Source: the human T2T-CHM13v2.0 reference genome, Homo sapiens
NCBI RefSeq assembly: GCF_009914755.1
Contig: NC_060925.1
Direction: 5' to 3' (one strand)
DNA: 64,000 nt
Shown: positions 40,576 through 62,749 of the stretch, piece after piece
Numbering within the stretch: position 1 is the first letter of the stretch
Layout of the letters: each line of letters starts with the position of its first letter
Translations under genes and position numbers: made by a program
The notes under the pieces: model-generated
What the model was told of the DNA's origin: nothing
Databases searched by the model: none
What the model saw: the letters and a program-made list of their open reading frames with translations, nothing else

Positions 40576-42036
40576 ACAAGCCAAATCTAAACAGCTCAAT
40601 AAGACAGGCATTACTGGAAGTGGAGCTCAGCAAGCTTGGACAAAATAAACCATGTGCCAATTCTTAAGCCAGCCAGAGACCAGATGCCTCTGGCATAGAC
40701 ATCCCTGCCAGTTAGGGCAAGATCCAGTTGATTAAGATACCGGAGTGGAATGAGCAATATGGGAAAACTGATCAATCAGAGAAAAAAAATCCCAGCATGA
40801 AAGCCACGATTTTTCCCCCTCCATTCCTCTCATCCAGAGATGGGCTGCCTGGCACAAAATTCAATCCGAATTTGAATTCTACTTAATATCAGCAATAGAA
40901 TTTTTCATTGGCCTTGTTCTGCATTCAGTGATAAAAGCAGCACACAATTATTTTCGATTGGACCAATGAGATTGTGCTGAGAAGTCTCTGAAGACTGTCT
41001 GCTGAGTGCCAGTTGTTAATGAATCCCATTTGTCTTTCTTGATTAAGTCTGCTATTACCCCCGTTTAGTCCTGTCACCAACCCTTTAGCAAGAATTTTCA
41101 TATCACTGTTTAGATGAGAAATTAGCCTATAAGAGCAGCACTCATCAATCAGGAGACAGTTTATTTAATACAGTTTACAGTTTATGAGTTCAAAAACTGT
41201 AGCCTCATACATTAGAAATGGATCCCTGTCCTAGACAGACAATCAGGGGGTTCAGTTCACTTGACAGGCATGGAGAAATGACTTTGAATGTGAGATATGC
41301 ACTTAGAGAAGGGCTGCAGTATCACACGCCTGCAGCAGAGTATCAGGAGGCTTTCACTTCTGATTAGGAAATCCCCTTTGGTTTAAGCAAGTGCTTCATT
41401 TTAATACTTAACCATGCCTCCCTACAACACTGTGACCAGAAAATTCAAAATGAAATTTTAGAATAGAATCACTTCTTTGTGATACCAAATCTTTATTCTG
41501 GATTGCTATATCATTAAAACAGTTCGTGAAGAATATTTATCTGCTTCTTGAAATCATAAAGAGCAAGATATCCATGAAAATCTTCCTTTTGCAAAGAGTA
41601 GTGAGTGGCATTTCCTTTCAGTCACCAAAAGTAAAAAATTGCAGGAAAAAAGCCCCAGATCTTTGGCATTAACTGTATAGCTACATGACCATACAAAATG
41701 GATGATTTTGGCCCCCAGGAGAATTTTAGGAAGCCCAAATTGGCAGAATTTGTTGGTTATTTGATTGTATCAAAGACTGTGGCTGTTTTAAGTATTCTAT
41801 TTCACATTATAAAGTATTGAACAAGCTAGATTTATGGAATTGCTTTCCATAATATTATTTCATTTGGGGCTATCATTTTAAATTCATTTTACCTATGACT
41901 CACTTTATTTTCCAAATCAATACTTTACCAACACAGTGTCATTTGTATATATGGTTAAGCTTAGAGAGGCCATAATTAGCAGACATTTACTAGTCACCCT
42001 CAACTCTGGCCCCCAGTTGGCCTTAAATCATAAATA

Positions 42037-42685
<649 letters not shown>

Positions 42686-42698
42686 TTATTTCAGTCTC

Positions 42699-46788
<4,090 letters not shown>

Positions 46789-46829
46789 AAGAATTAACCA
46801 GTCTTTATTTAAATTGCTTTGTTTCACAT

Positions 46830-47330
46830 AAAGAATATATGCTCATTGTAAAGAGGAAATAAAATGACATAGAAGTATGTGAAGTAAAAAGCCAATCTCT
46901 ATCAATTCTTCCTACCCACTCACCAAGCGTAAGCACTTTTAATGTTGATGTGTATCCTTTCAACCACTTCTATGCATGTGTAAACACGATTTATAATGCT
47001 TAGCGAAAAATGAGATGATACAACATATGTTGTCCTATAACTTGCTTTATTTATACAACATATATCATGAACAATCTTTCATTTCAATATATTTATATAA
47101 ATCATGTTCTTCTTATTGGCTGCTAAATGCATATGCATACTTTACTAAGCTACTTCTCTATTGAAAGGCATTTAGGTGGTCTCCAACATTTTTGGCTAAA
47201 ACACAAACTGCATTGGTCATTTTTGAACTTTTTCCCTTGACCATTTGTGTGCAGTTAAGATTTATGGAATAATAGGCTATGTATTTGTAAACTTTAAGTA
47301 TTACAGACAAATTTCTCCCCAAAATAAAAT
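46830..47330 (-). mobile_element. Old L1ME-type relic
   Basis: atatgctcattgtaaa, gtgtatcctttc, ttgctttatttatacaaca, ctattgaaaggcatttaggtggtctccaac. Confidence 0.5.
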
Positions 47331-50119
47331 AGAACTTAACACCTTATAAAATTTGGCTTTTTCCAAGCTGATGTTCGAGATAAATTTATCTAACTCACGC
47401 TTGATGGATATTGAAATGCAGCATGAAACAAAAATATAAGTAAAAACACAGACATTAACTCAATGGCTTATATTTTTCTACCATGCCATACTAAAATATT
47501 CTGTATCTGTCTGAATCTAAGAATAATTCATATCAATATTTTGAGAGACTGAACAATGTTCACAATACTTTGGAAAATGAAAAGAAGCAAATCAAAGAGT
47601 ATATTCAGTTTTGAACCTACCTATCTATTACTAGCAGGATAAATTCAGCTATATTGCATAATAAATTAGCCTGGAAATTCCACTGGTCTAACATAATGAT
47701 TAATTTTTTACTTATACTCTATGTATGTTTCAGGTTATCAACGATCTTTGTTCTACATAGTCCCTTGGGGACTCAAGATGACAGAGCCTCATCTTTTAGT
47801 TGCATATTCTACAACACATGGTTTCCTCAGTCACTATGGCAGGAGAAGAGTGACTAGAGAACTATGCGTGGACATATTTGGTTCTATACTGTCACTACAA
47901 AATAAGCTCACATTTTCTTTAGTTAAAAAATTGTAACTCTGAAGCCTTCTGGCCAGGGGCTGTTGTCTTTAGCAGTACTACCTCCATGCCAGTGGTGGAT
48001 CATCAGTATTTCTGATATTAATGCTGAAACTCTGCACTGTGCAAAAATGGAAACTGAATTGGCCATCTTCTTTGGCTGGTCCTATTCTTGTCTCTTGCTA
48101 CCACCATTACTGACCTCAGTCAATTGACCTAGGCCTGTAGTCATTTCTCTAGAAATGAGGTAATATACGCCCTCTCTCAAAATCACATTCAGAAAGGTTT
48201 TTTATAGCAACCTAGTTATTGTCATCCTTTAGAAATAAAGCACTTTCAGTTTAATTCACAGGGTGACTTGGCTAGCAGAGGGTTCCAGCCACATTCCCTT
48301 CCAGAGTTCTATGATCTACAGATAAGCCTACAAACCACCCCATCCATTATGGTGAGTTCTCTATTAGGGCTATTACCCTGTTTCTGCCTCTAACATTAAT
48401 TAGTCTGGCAGACAACCTCAAAGGAAAAATTAGAAGCTATATACCTGTCCTTTTCCCTGAATACTAATAGATGGCCTCCCTCCATCCTACATCCTCCAAA
48501 GACCAAGTGGTTAAATGTATTGTTGTTAATATAAAAAAAAAAAAACCCTTCTTATTTTTTTCTCTCATTAACACTGGTTTCTGCACATGTCCAGAAGCTG
48601 ACCACTATTACTATGAATGGAAATCTTTAGACTAGACAGTATTTCATAAGCATCTCATTGTATGCAAACAGAGACAGAATACTATAATATTTTAGGTCAA
48701 GAAATATGAAATTTCAAAAATTAAATAAGTAAAAATAAAAAATAAGAAATTAATAAAAATCTTGATTGATTAGTTTTAAATAACCATATGAATTATTTTT
48801 TATTTTTAATATCTCTTCAATTTTATGTTTAAAAATTGCACACCTGGCTGGTCTCAGATTTTATTGTTCCTCATATGTCCTGTTACAATATATTGGGTAA
48901 CTTGTTTTTTTAAAAGCTTTCCTAAATTGTTCAATACATTTCAAAGTCAGAAGTGAGCATAAAATTCATAACCAGATTTGGTCAAATAATCTATGGTTGT
49001 GTAGAGACTTATTGCTATTTAAACAAAGGGAAAAAATGGAAACTCTTTAAAGAGCAAACAGTAGGTTAAAATAAGTGTGGCTTTTCTCCCAGTAAGAAAT
49101 TTCTGAAAATTCCTGTTGTTGGCCAGGTTGTGCTGCAGATGTTCCGACTTACCACAGAGATTTCTTAAGACAGATGCCAAAAATTTGGTATGAAAATAAA
49201 AGTGAGATTTACACTCAAACAGCCCAAGGATTCCTCATCATCCAGGATTCTGTGTGGTTGTATTATTTCATTACTCACATCTCCTGAAAATTTATTCAAA
49301 AACAATTCTTAGAAGATAGTAGATGTCTCATTCAGTGCTTGCCATTAAATTACTAAAAAAAAAAACAAAAACAAAAACAAAAAATTGTGAGTGCTGCCTT
49401 CAAGAAGCTCACACTTGTTTAGAAACAACCACAGTGAACTAGTTTAAAAAACAAAAATAAAAAAGTAAAAGGAATAGGTCTCCCAAGAATAAGTCTTGAC
49501 CTTTTCAATACTACTTCCATGGCAGATGTTCCTTCCAGCTGTGAATGTTGGTATTGATCATTATGAGAACATGACACTGAATATAGGTCAGTGGCAGGAT
49601 TTGTTGCCACATCAGGAGATAAATGACTTGCTGGACAGAATCTGATCGAGGTAGAATGGATTGTGAAAACTCTCATGCTGGGCTGCACATAAGGTTTTGA
49701 AACTAGAAAGCAGATAAAACAAGGCAGGCAGAGAGACAGGGCAAAGAGCAGGGATTACAGAGGGCACATAGCAGGTGAGGCGAGCACACAATACAGTTTT
49801 CTGACAGCAGATGAATTTCCAGTGGGGCCCGGGGACCCACTGATCTTTCTCACTGATTTATTCATTAGGTGGAAAAAATGTGGGTTAAGCTTTAAGACTT
49901 CAAATTTGTTCAGATACTAGAAACGGAATATTCAGAATATAGATTCTTAACCAAGGTACAAAATCTAGTCATTGAGTCACTTTGGTTTCACCAGTCTTTT
50001 CCTTCTTTCCCTGTAGGAACTTCCAATTGCTTCCTAAAGCCAAAACTAACAAGTTCTGGCCATGAACTATTAATGCTAAAACAGCCCAGCATAGGGACAA
50101 CCACAGTAGATGGAAAGTC

Positions 50120-50230
50120 AGAAATCTTGGGTGCTAATTTTTGTTCTGTTTGTAATTTGCAGTATAACGTAACCAATATCACTTAACATCTTTGGGCCTC
50201 AGTTTTCTCATCTTTAAAATGAGAATCTCT
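50120..50230 (+). mobile_element. MIR core fragment
   Basis: tcacttaacatctttgggcctcagttttctcatctttaaaatgag. Confidence 0.65.
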
Positions 50231-52778
50231 GAGATTATCCCAGTTCTAATATTTCTGCTAGTTTCTGTGGTTCTATTTTACCTATTTCACCTGTCAGCAA
50301 ATAAAAAGCAAATTTTACTTGCTGATACTGATACATTTTTACTACTTACATTTCGTGAATATTTGATAGTAAATGGATTGGAAAAATGACAGTTGCAGAA
50401 GATTTGTTCTTAGAGTTATTGGAATATCATTACTAAATCTAGGGCTCTTACCAAAGCAAACTATGACAATTACTTCTAAGTCTTCCTTTTGGAGTCACTC
50501 ACAAATGAACACATTTTTGTTTAATGGAAAACAAGGACATTTTAATTGCCTGAGCTAGATACTTCTATTTGTTTTACGTCTGCAGTCAGAACCAGACCCT
50601 TGTGGATAATGTTAAAAGATGGATATTCTTTTCCCTGAGCTTTCTTTTTTTTATGTAAATTATAACAATTGCTTCGGGAATTGGGCATTTGGACAAGCCA
50701 TAAAATAATCAACATTTTAATGCCGTTTTGTGGCAACCCAGGACTCTTTGAATTAGTGGCTAGATTAACTATTCACAGGTGTAAGCGTTCCATTCCTACC
50801 TTGCTTTAATAGTCCTGATCATTGGGGGAATAAATTCTCTTGGTTGGTTTGAAGGCTTATCAAAATAATTTCTTGAATGTGAATAAGTGACTCCAGCACT
50901 CATAACTAGGTTTTCCTTAAGTCTAATGCTATTTCTACACTCCTCAAAATAAAAGTAGAAAAGTGAATCATTTATCATCCGTTACTATAAAAGAACTATT
51001 CCAAACACAAATCATTTAGCTGCATTTACCAAATTGTGCGTGAGTGTTTATGTATGTTTCTAACCAGTCTTAAGTTTGTTTTTACCGTAAAACTTTCCAG
51101 GCAGGTGTTAAAAACCATATTTCAATAAAACTACCTTCAGAAATACCTGCAAACACATGCTATGGCTCATTTAAACAACAAATGTCTTGGGTTTGGTTTT
51201 GGTCACTGTTTTGGAGTTTCAAATCAAATCTCCAATAAGGCAGGCCCCAGCTCAACATTAAGTTGATGCATTTCTTTCCATCTCTCTTTTGTCTTAATTA
51301 TTTTAAATCTCTTCTGCCACTTTAACATTTCAAACTCAACTGTTTTATGACTGTGAAATATTTTCACAATATATTATGCTAATGGGCCTAATTAATTCCC
51401 AGGGAAACTTTCCTGTGGACTGTGATATGTATATGATAAAGCCACCAGTTCTCAATGGTGAGAACTTGATGTTTCAAACTTGATGTTTATAACTGCTGCT
51501 GTATAATTTGTTTTCCTATGTCAGAAAGCTAGTGAGCATATTTTAATGGCCCCGATGCGTCTTTGTTCTTCATCAAACTGCTATTTACCGTAGTGTATGA
51601 CCTGCTTACCATCCAGGCAAATATAAGAAACTCAGTAATTAATTATCATGGCTGTGAGTCTGTCTGGAGAAGAAATGACTATTGACAGTAAGAAAATCCT
51701 AGTAAAGTACCCTGCCCACCCTGATTTCCCAACTTAAGGGACTCAAAATGCAGAAATTTTTGAAAAGATATAGCAAAGTGGAGAAGCCCCTGATAATTCA
51801 ACTTGAAATTCTTTATAATAAACCCTTCTTATTCCCAGAAGTATAATCCAAACTGTGATTCTCAGCATTGCCAATTCCTACTGCACTCCAGGAAAGATAT
51901 CAGATGACTAAGTTCTGCAGGGCTAATGATACTTTGAAAAACAAATGCTCTAGTTGGATCTGAGAAGCTGTAGAAAATAGGTAGCATAAATTCTCTCAAG
52001 AATATAATGAGCTCTAGGTCTTCCAAAGAATTCAGCCCAATGTGGCCAAAACCTTACTGGAGTGATTCCAGGAGACGGTTCGAATCTTGGCTCTGGTATT
52101 CAAGGAATATAGAATATTTAATCTTTTTAACTTTATTTTCCTAAGCTTGACATAACAGTATCTACCTTCAAAGGCTGTTAATGAGCTAACAAGCAAAAGC
52201 TTAACAATTTATGACACAAAGTAGGCACTTGATGTATGTTATTTCCCTCTTCTCCAAAAGCCTTTTCAGCTCCTCCACTTCGAAGGGTCTTTCCTTTCTT
52301 TGTGCTTAGCGGAATTTCTTTTCTGCACATTGCATTTTGGCACACAATCAGGCACTGCCTGATAGCAGCAGCCCTTTATTTTAGGTGACTATGTATTTTC
52401 TTCTTGAAAACAAGCTAATTTCTTTGAATTCGAGTGCCCCATATTATCCTTTTGTGGACTGCCCACCGCTCATCCCCACAACAATATCTGGTACAGCTTG
52501 CTGATAGATACTGGTGGAACTGAACTAAAAATGTTCCTCATACTTTTCTCCTCCTCTAGATAGTTTTTACTATTATTTAATGCCTGCAATTATAGCCCAC
52601 ATTAAGTTTAAAAATATAAGGTATACCCTTGTATAATCATAAATTGTAGACAATTGAGTATCACTAAATTAAAACAGCAACTATATATTTGCAAACAATT
52701 ACATCAACAGCATAGGGCACTATTAATGACTTATGGAGCAGCCAACAATAGTGGCACAATTACTGCCTTCTCAATAGA

Positions 52779-55700
52779 CTTTCTTTTTTATTTTTAATTT
52801 TTTTATTTCAATAGGTTTTCGGGGAACACGTGGTGTTTAGTTACATGAATACATTTTTTAGTGGTGATTAAAGAGTTTTTGGTGCACCCATCACCCAAGC
52901 AGTGAACACTGTACCCAATGTGTAGTCTATTATCCCTTGCCACCCCCCACCCTTTCCCCCAAGTCCCCAAAGTCCAATGTATCATTCTTATGCCTTTGTG
53001 TCCTCATAGCTTAGCTCCCACATATGAGTGAGAACATACAATGTTTAGTTTTCCATTCCTGTGTTACCTCACAATAATAGTCTCCAATTCCATCCAGGTT
53101 GCTGCAAATGCTATTATTTCATTCCTTTTAAAGGCTAAGTAGAGTTTTATGGTGTATATATATATATCACATTTTCTTTATCCACTCAGTGATTGATGGG
53201 CATTTGGGCTGGTTCCATATTTTTGCACTTCCAATTTGTGCAGCTATAAACGTGTGTGCAAGTATCTTTTTCGTATGACTTCTTTTCCCCTTGGTAGATA
53301 CCCAGTAGTGGGATTGCTGGATCTACTTTTAGTTCTTTAAGGAATTGCCATGCTGTTTTCCATAGTGGTTGTACTAGTTTACATTCCCACCAACAGTGTG
53401 AAAGTGCTCTCTTTTCAGCGCATCCATGCCAATATCTATTATTTTTTGGTTTTTTCATTATGGCCATTCTTGCAGGAGGAAAGTGGTATTGCATTGTGGT
53501 TTTGATTTGCATTTCCCTGATAATTAGTGATGTTCAGCATTTTTCCATATGCTTGTTAGCCATTTGTTTATCTTATTTTGAGAATTGTCTATTCATGTCC
53601 TTAGCCCACTTTTTCATGGGATTGTTTATTTTTTCTTGCTGATTTGTTTGAGTTCTTTGTTGATTCTAGATATTAGTTCTTTGTCGGATGTATAGATTGT
53701 GAAGATTTTCTTTCACTCTGTGGGTTGGCTGTTAATTCTACTAATTATTTATTTTGCTGTGCAGAAGCTCTTTAGTTTAATTAAGTCCCATCTATTTATC
53801 TTGGTTTTTGTTGCATTTGCTTTTGGGTTCTTGGTCATGAAGTCTTTGCCTAAGCCAATGTCTAAAAGTGTTTTTCCTGTGTTATCTTCTAGAATCTTTA
53901 TGGTTTCAGGTCTTAGATTTAAGCCTTTGATCCATCTTGATTTGATTTTTGTATAAGGTGAGAGATGAGAACCCAGTTTCATTCCTCTACATGTGGCTTG
54001 CCAATTATACCAGCATCACTGGTTGAATAGGGTGTGCTTTCTCCACTTTATGTTTTTGTTTGCTTTGTCAAAGATCAGTTGGCTGTAAATATTTGGCTTT
54101 ATTTCAGGATTCTGTATTCTGTTACATTGGTCTATGTGCATATTTTATATCAGTTACATGCTGTTATGGTGACTAAAACTTTATAGCATAGTTTGAAGTC
54201 GGGTAATGTGATGCCTCCAGATTTGTTCCTTTTGCTTAGTCTTGCTTTGGCTATTAGGGCTCTCTTTTGGTTCCAAATGAATTTTAGGATTGTTTTTTAT
54301 AGCTCTGTGACAAATGATGCTGGTATTTTGATGGGAATTGCATTGAATTTGTAGATTGCTTTTGGCAGTATGGCCATTTTCACAATATTGATTCTACCCA
54401 CCCATGAACACAAGATGTGTTTCTATTTGTTTGTGTCATCTATGATTTTCTTCAGCAGCGTTTTATAGTTTTCCTTATAGAGGTCTTTCACGTCCTCGGT
54501 TAGGTATATTCCTAAGTATTTTATTTTTTTGCAGCTATTGTGAAAAGGGTCGAGTTCTTGATTTGATTCTCAGTATGGTCGCTGTTGGTGTATAGCAGAG
54601 CTACTGATCTGTGTACATTAATTTTGTATTCTGAAACTTCACTGAATTCATTTATCAGTTCCAGGAGCTTTTTGGATGAATCTTTAGGGTTTTCTAGGTA
54701 TACAATCATATCATCAGCAAACAGTGATAGTTTGACTTCCTCTTTATGGATTTGGATGCCCTTTATTTCTTTCTCTTGTCTGAGTGCTTTGGCTAGGACT
54801 TCCAGTACTATGTTGAATAGAAATGGTGAAAGTGGGCATCCTTGTCTTGTTCCGGTTCTTGGAGGGGATGCTTTCGACTTTTCCCCATTCAGTATAATGT
54901 TGGCTTGTGGGTTTGTCATAGATGGCTTTTATTACCTTAAGGTATGTCCTTTCTATGCTTATTTTGCTGAGGGTTTTAATCATAAAGGGATGCTGGATTT
55001 TGTCAAATGTTCTTTCTGTGTCTATTGAGATGATCATGTGATGTTTAAAAATATTTTGTTTTATGTTGTGTATCACATTTATTGACTTGCATATGTTAAA
55101 CCATCCCTGCGTCCCTAGTATGAAACCCACTTGATCATCTTTTTGATATGTTGTTGAATTCAGTTTGCTAGTATTTTGTTGAGGGGTTTTGCATGTATGT
55201 TCATCAGGGATATTGGTCTGTAGTTTTCTTTTTTTTTTTTGTCCTTCCCTGGTTTTGGTATTAGGATGATACTGACTTCACAGAATCATTTAGGGAGGAT
55301 TCCTTCTTTCTCTATCCTATGGAATAGTGTCAATAGGATTGGTACCAATTCTTCTTTGAATGTCTGATAGAATTTAGCTGTGAATCTGTCTGGTGCTGGG
55401 CTTTTTTTTGTTGGTAACTTTTTATTACCGTTTCAATCTCACTGCTTGTTATTGGTCTGTTCAGAGATTCAGATGTCTTCCTGGTTTAATCTAGGAGGGT
55501 TGTATATTTCCTGGAATATATCCATTTCCTCTAGGTTTTCTATTTTATATGCACAAATATGTTCATAGTAGCCTTGAATAATCTTTTGTATTTCTGTGAT
55601 ATCAGTTGTAATATCCCCCATTTTGTTTCTAATTGAGCTTATTTGGATCGTCTCTCTCCTTTTCTTGGTTAATCTTGCTAATGGTCTATCCATTTTATCT

Positions 55701-57544
55701 GCCTTTTCAAAGAATCAGCTTTTTGTTTCATTTAGCTGTTGTATTGTTTTGTTTCAATTTCATTTAGTTCTGCTCTGATCTTTGTTATTTCTTTTCTTCT
55801 CTTGGGTTTGGGTTTGGATTGTTCTTGTTTCTCCAGTTTTGTGAGGTGTAACTATAGATTGTCTATTTGTGCTCTTTCAGACTTTTTCATGTAGACATTT
55901 AATCCTATGAGCTTTCCTCTTAGCACCACTTTTGCTGTATTCTCGAGGATTTTTTAGGTTGTGTAATTATTATTGTTCAGTTCGAAGAATCTTTTCATTT
56001 CCATCTTGATTTCATTGTTGACGCAATTATCATTCAGGAGCAGGTTATTTAATTTCCATGTGTTTGCCTGGTTTTGAGGGTTCCTTTTGGAGTTGATTTC
56101 CAATTTTATTCCACTATGATCGGAGAGGGTACTTGATATAATTTTGATTTTCTTGAATTTACTGAGACTTGTTTTGTGGTCTATTATATGGTCTATCTTG
56201 GAGTAAGTTCCATGTGTTGATGAATAGAATGTATATTCTGCAGTTGTTAAGTAGAATGTTCTGTAAGTATCTGTTAAGTCATTTGTTGTAAGGTATAGTT
56301 TAAGTCCATTGTTCCTTTGTTGACTTTCTGTCTTGATGACCTGTCTAGTGCTGTTAGTGGAGTATTAAAGTCCCCCACTTATTATTGTGTTGCCATCTAT
56401 CTCATTTCTTAGGTCTACTAGTAATTGTTTTATAAATTTGGGAGCTCCAATATTAGGTGCATATATATTTAGAATTGTGATATTTTCCTGTTGGACTAGT
56501 TCTTTTATCATTATATAGTGTCCCTCTTTGTCTTTTTTAACTGCTATTGCTTTAAAGTTTGTTTTGTCTTATATAAGAATAGCTACTCCTGCACTTTTGG
56601 TGTCCATTTGCATGGAATGTCTTTTTCCCTCCCTTTACCTTAAGTTTTTGTGAGTCTTTATGTGTTAGGCGAATCTCCTGAAGACAGCAGAAACTTGGTG
56701 AGTGAGTTCTTATCCATTCTACCTGCCATTCTTCATCTTTTAAGTGGAGCATTTAGGCCATGTACATTCAATGTTAATATTGTGATATGAGATATTATTC
56801 TCTTCATCGTGCCACTTGTTGCCTGAATGCCTTGTGAGTTTTTTTTTTTGTTGTGTTGTTATATAGGTCCTGTGAGATTTATGCCATAAGAAGGCTCTAT
56901 TTTGGTGTATTTTGAGGAATTCCTTCAAGATTTAGAGCTCCTTTTAGCAGTTCTTGTAGTGATGGCTTTGCAGTGGCGAATTCTGTTAGCATTTGCTTGT
57001 CTGGAAAAGACTGTTATCTTTCCTTCATTTATGAAGTTTAGTTTGGCTGGATACAAAATTCCTGGCTCATAATTGCTTTGTCGAAGGAGGCTAAACATAG
57101 GACCCCAATCCCTTCTAGCTTGTAGGGTTTCTGCTTAGAAATCTGCTGTTAATCTGATAGGTTTTTCCCTTATAGGTTACCTGATATTTTTGCCTCACAG
57201 CTCTTAAGATTCTTTCCTTTATCTTGACTTTAGATAATCTGATGACTATGTGCCTAGGCAATGATCTTTTTGTAATGAATTTCCCAGGTGTTCTTTGAGC
57301 TTCTTGTATTTGGATGTTTAGATCTCTAGCAAGGCTGGGGACTTTTTCCTCAATTATTCCCTTAAATATGTTTTCCAAACATTTAGATTTCGGTTCTTCC
57401 TCAGGAACACCAATTATTCTTAGGTTTGGATGTTTAACATAGTCCCAAACTTATTGGAGGCTTTGTTCATTATCTTTCATTCTTTTTTCTTTGTCTTTAA
57501 TGGATTGGGTTAATTTGAAAGCCTTGTCTTCAAACTCTGAAGTT
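52779..57544 (-). mobile_element. L1PB1-like element, 3' part (3'UTR, degenerate ORF2, 3' part of ORF1)
   Basis: Poly-T followed by ttatttcaataggttttcggggaacac (L1PB1 3' end). ORF2 fragments 54521..54919 (LFADD) and 53186..53512. ORF1 fragment 57115..57378. Confidence 0.92.
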
Positions 57545-58242
57545 TTTTGTCTTTTCTTTTTATTATTATACTTTAAGTTCTAGGGTACATGTGCACAATG
57601 TGCAGATTTGTTACATATGTATAAATGTGCCATGTTGGTGTGCTGTACCCCTTAACTCGTCATTTACATTAGGTGTATCACCTAATGCTATCCTTCCCCC
57701 CTCACCCCACCCCACAACAGGCCCCAGATGTGATGTTCCCCACCCTGTGTCCAAGTGTTCTCATTGTTCAGTTCCCATCCATGAGAGAGAATATGCAGTG
57801 TTTGGTTTTCTGCCCTTGCGATAGTTTGCTCAGAATGATGGTTTCCAGCTTCATCCATGTCCCTACAAAGGACATGAACTCACCCCTTTTTTATGGCTGC
57901 ATATATTCCATAGTGTATATGTGCCACATTTTCTTAATCCAGTCTATCATTGATGGACATTTGGGTTGGTTCCAAGTCTCTGCTATTGTGAATACTGCCA
58001 CAATAAACATACGTGTGCATGTGTCTTTATGGCAGCATGATTCATAATCCTTTGGGTATATACCCAGTAATGGGATGCCCGGGTCAAGTGGTATTTCTAG
58101 TTCTAGATCCTTGAGGAATTGCCACACTGTCTTCCACAATGGCTGAACTAGTTTACAGTCCCACCAACAGTGTAAAAGTGTTCCTATTTCTCCACATCCT
58201 CTCCAGCATCTGTTGTTTCCTGACTTTTTAATGATCACCATT

Positions 58243-59768
<1,526 letters not shown>

Positions 59769-60232
59769 TTATAGCATGAAGGGCTGTTGAATTTTGTTGA
59801 AGGCCTTTTCTGCATCAATTGAGATAATTATTTGGTTTTTGTCTTTGGTTTTGTTTATATGATGGATTACATTTATTGATTTGCATATGTTGAACCAGCC
59901 TTGCATCCCCAGGATGAGACCCACTTGATCATGTTGGATAAGCCTCTTGATGTGCTGCTGGATTCAGCTTGCCAGTATTTTATTGAGGATTTTTGCATCG
60001 ATGTTCACCATGGATATTGGTCTAAAATTTTCTTTTTTTGTTGTGTCTCTGCCGGTCTTTGGTATCAGGATGATGTTGGCCTCATAAAATGAATTAGGGA
60101 GGATTCCCTCTTTTTCTGTTGATTGGAATAGTTTCAGAGGGAATGTTACCAGCTCCTCTTTGTACCTCTGGTAGAATTTGGCTGTGAATACTTCTGGTCC
60201 TGGACTTTTTTTGGTTGGTAGGCTATTAATTA

Positions 60233-61126
<894 letters not shown>

Positions 61127-62749
61127 TTAACTTTCTGTCTTATGAATCTGTCTAATGTTGACAGTGGGGTGTTAAAGTGTCCCATTATTATTGTGTGGGA
61201 GTCTAAGTCTCTTTGTAAGTCTCTAAGGACTTACTTTATGAATCTGGGTGCTCCTGTATTGGGTGCATATATATTTAGGATAGTTAGCTCTTCTTGTTGA
61301 ATTGATCCCTTTACGATTATGTAATGGCCTTCTTTGTCTCTTTTGATCGTTGTTGGTTTAAAGTCTGTTTTATCGGAGACTAGGATTGTAACCCCTCCTT
61401 TTATTTTGTTTTCCATTTGCTTGGTAAGTCTTCCTCCATCCCTTTATTTTGAGCTTATTTGTGTCTCTGCACGTGAGATGGGTCTCCTGAATACAGCACA
61501 CTGATGGGCCTTGCCTCTTTATCCAATTTGCCAGTCTGTGTCTTTTTATTGGAGCATTTAGCCCATTTACATTTAAGGTTAATATTGTTATGTGTGAATT
61601 TGATCCTGTCGTTAAGATGTTAGCTGGTTATTTTGCTCATTAGCTGATGCAGTTTCTTCCTAGCATTGATGGTCTTTACAATTTGGCATGTTTTTGCAGT
61701 GGCTGGTACTGGTGGTTCCTTTCCATGTTTAGTGCTTCCTTCAGGAGCTGTTGTAAGGCAGGCCTGGTGGCGACAAAATCTCTCAGCATTTGCTTGTCTG
61801 TAAAGGATTTTATTTCTCCTTCACTTATGAAGCTTAGTTTGGCTGCATATGAAATTCTGGGTTGAAAATTCTTTTCTTTAAGAATGTTGAATATTGGCCC
61901 CTACTCTCTTCTGGCTTGTAGGGTTTCTGCCGAGAGATCCGCTGTTAGTCTGATGGGCTTCCCTTTGAGGGTAACCCGACCTTTCTCTCTGGCTGCCCTT
62001 AACATTTTTTCCTTCATTTCAACTTTGGTGAATCTGACAATTATGTGTCTTGGAGTTACTCTTCTCGAGGAGTATCTTTGTGGTGTTCTCTGTATTTCTT
62101 GAATTTGAATGTTGGCCTGCCTTGCTGGGTTGGGGAAGTTCTCCTGGATAATATCCTGCAGAGTGTTTTCCAACTTGGTTCCATTCTCCCCATCACTTTC
62201 AGGTACACCAGTCAGACGTAGATTTGGTCTTTTCACATAGTCACATATTTCTTAGAGGCTTTGTTCATTTCTTTTTACTCTTTTTTCTCTAAAATTCTCT
62301 TCTGCTTCATTTCATTCATTTTACCTTCAATCACTAATACTCTTTCTTCCACTTGATCAAATCAGCTACTGAAGCTTGTGCATGCATCACGTAGTTCTCG
62401 TGTTATGGTTTTCAGCTCCATCAGGTCATTTAAGGACTTCTCTGCACTGCTTATTCTAGTTAGCCATTCGTCTAATCTTTTTTCAAGGTTTTTAGCTTCT
62501 TTGCGATGGGTTCCAATATCCTCCTTTGGCTCAGAGAAGTTTATTACTGATCATCTGAAGCCTTCTCCTCTCAACTCGTCAAAGTCATTCTCTGTCCAGC
62601 TTTGTTCCGTTGCTGGCAAGGAGCTGCTTTCCTTTGGAGGAGAAGAAGCGCTCTGATTTTTAGAATTTCCAGCTTTTCTGCTCTGGTTTCTCCCCATCTT
62701 TGTGGTTTTATCTACCTTTGGTCTTTGATGATGGTGACGTACAGATGGA

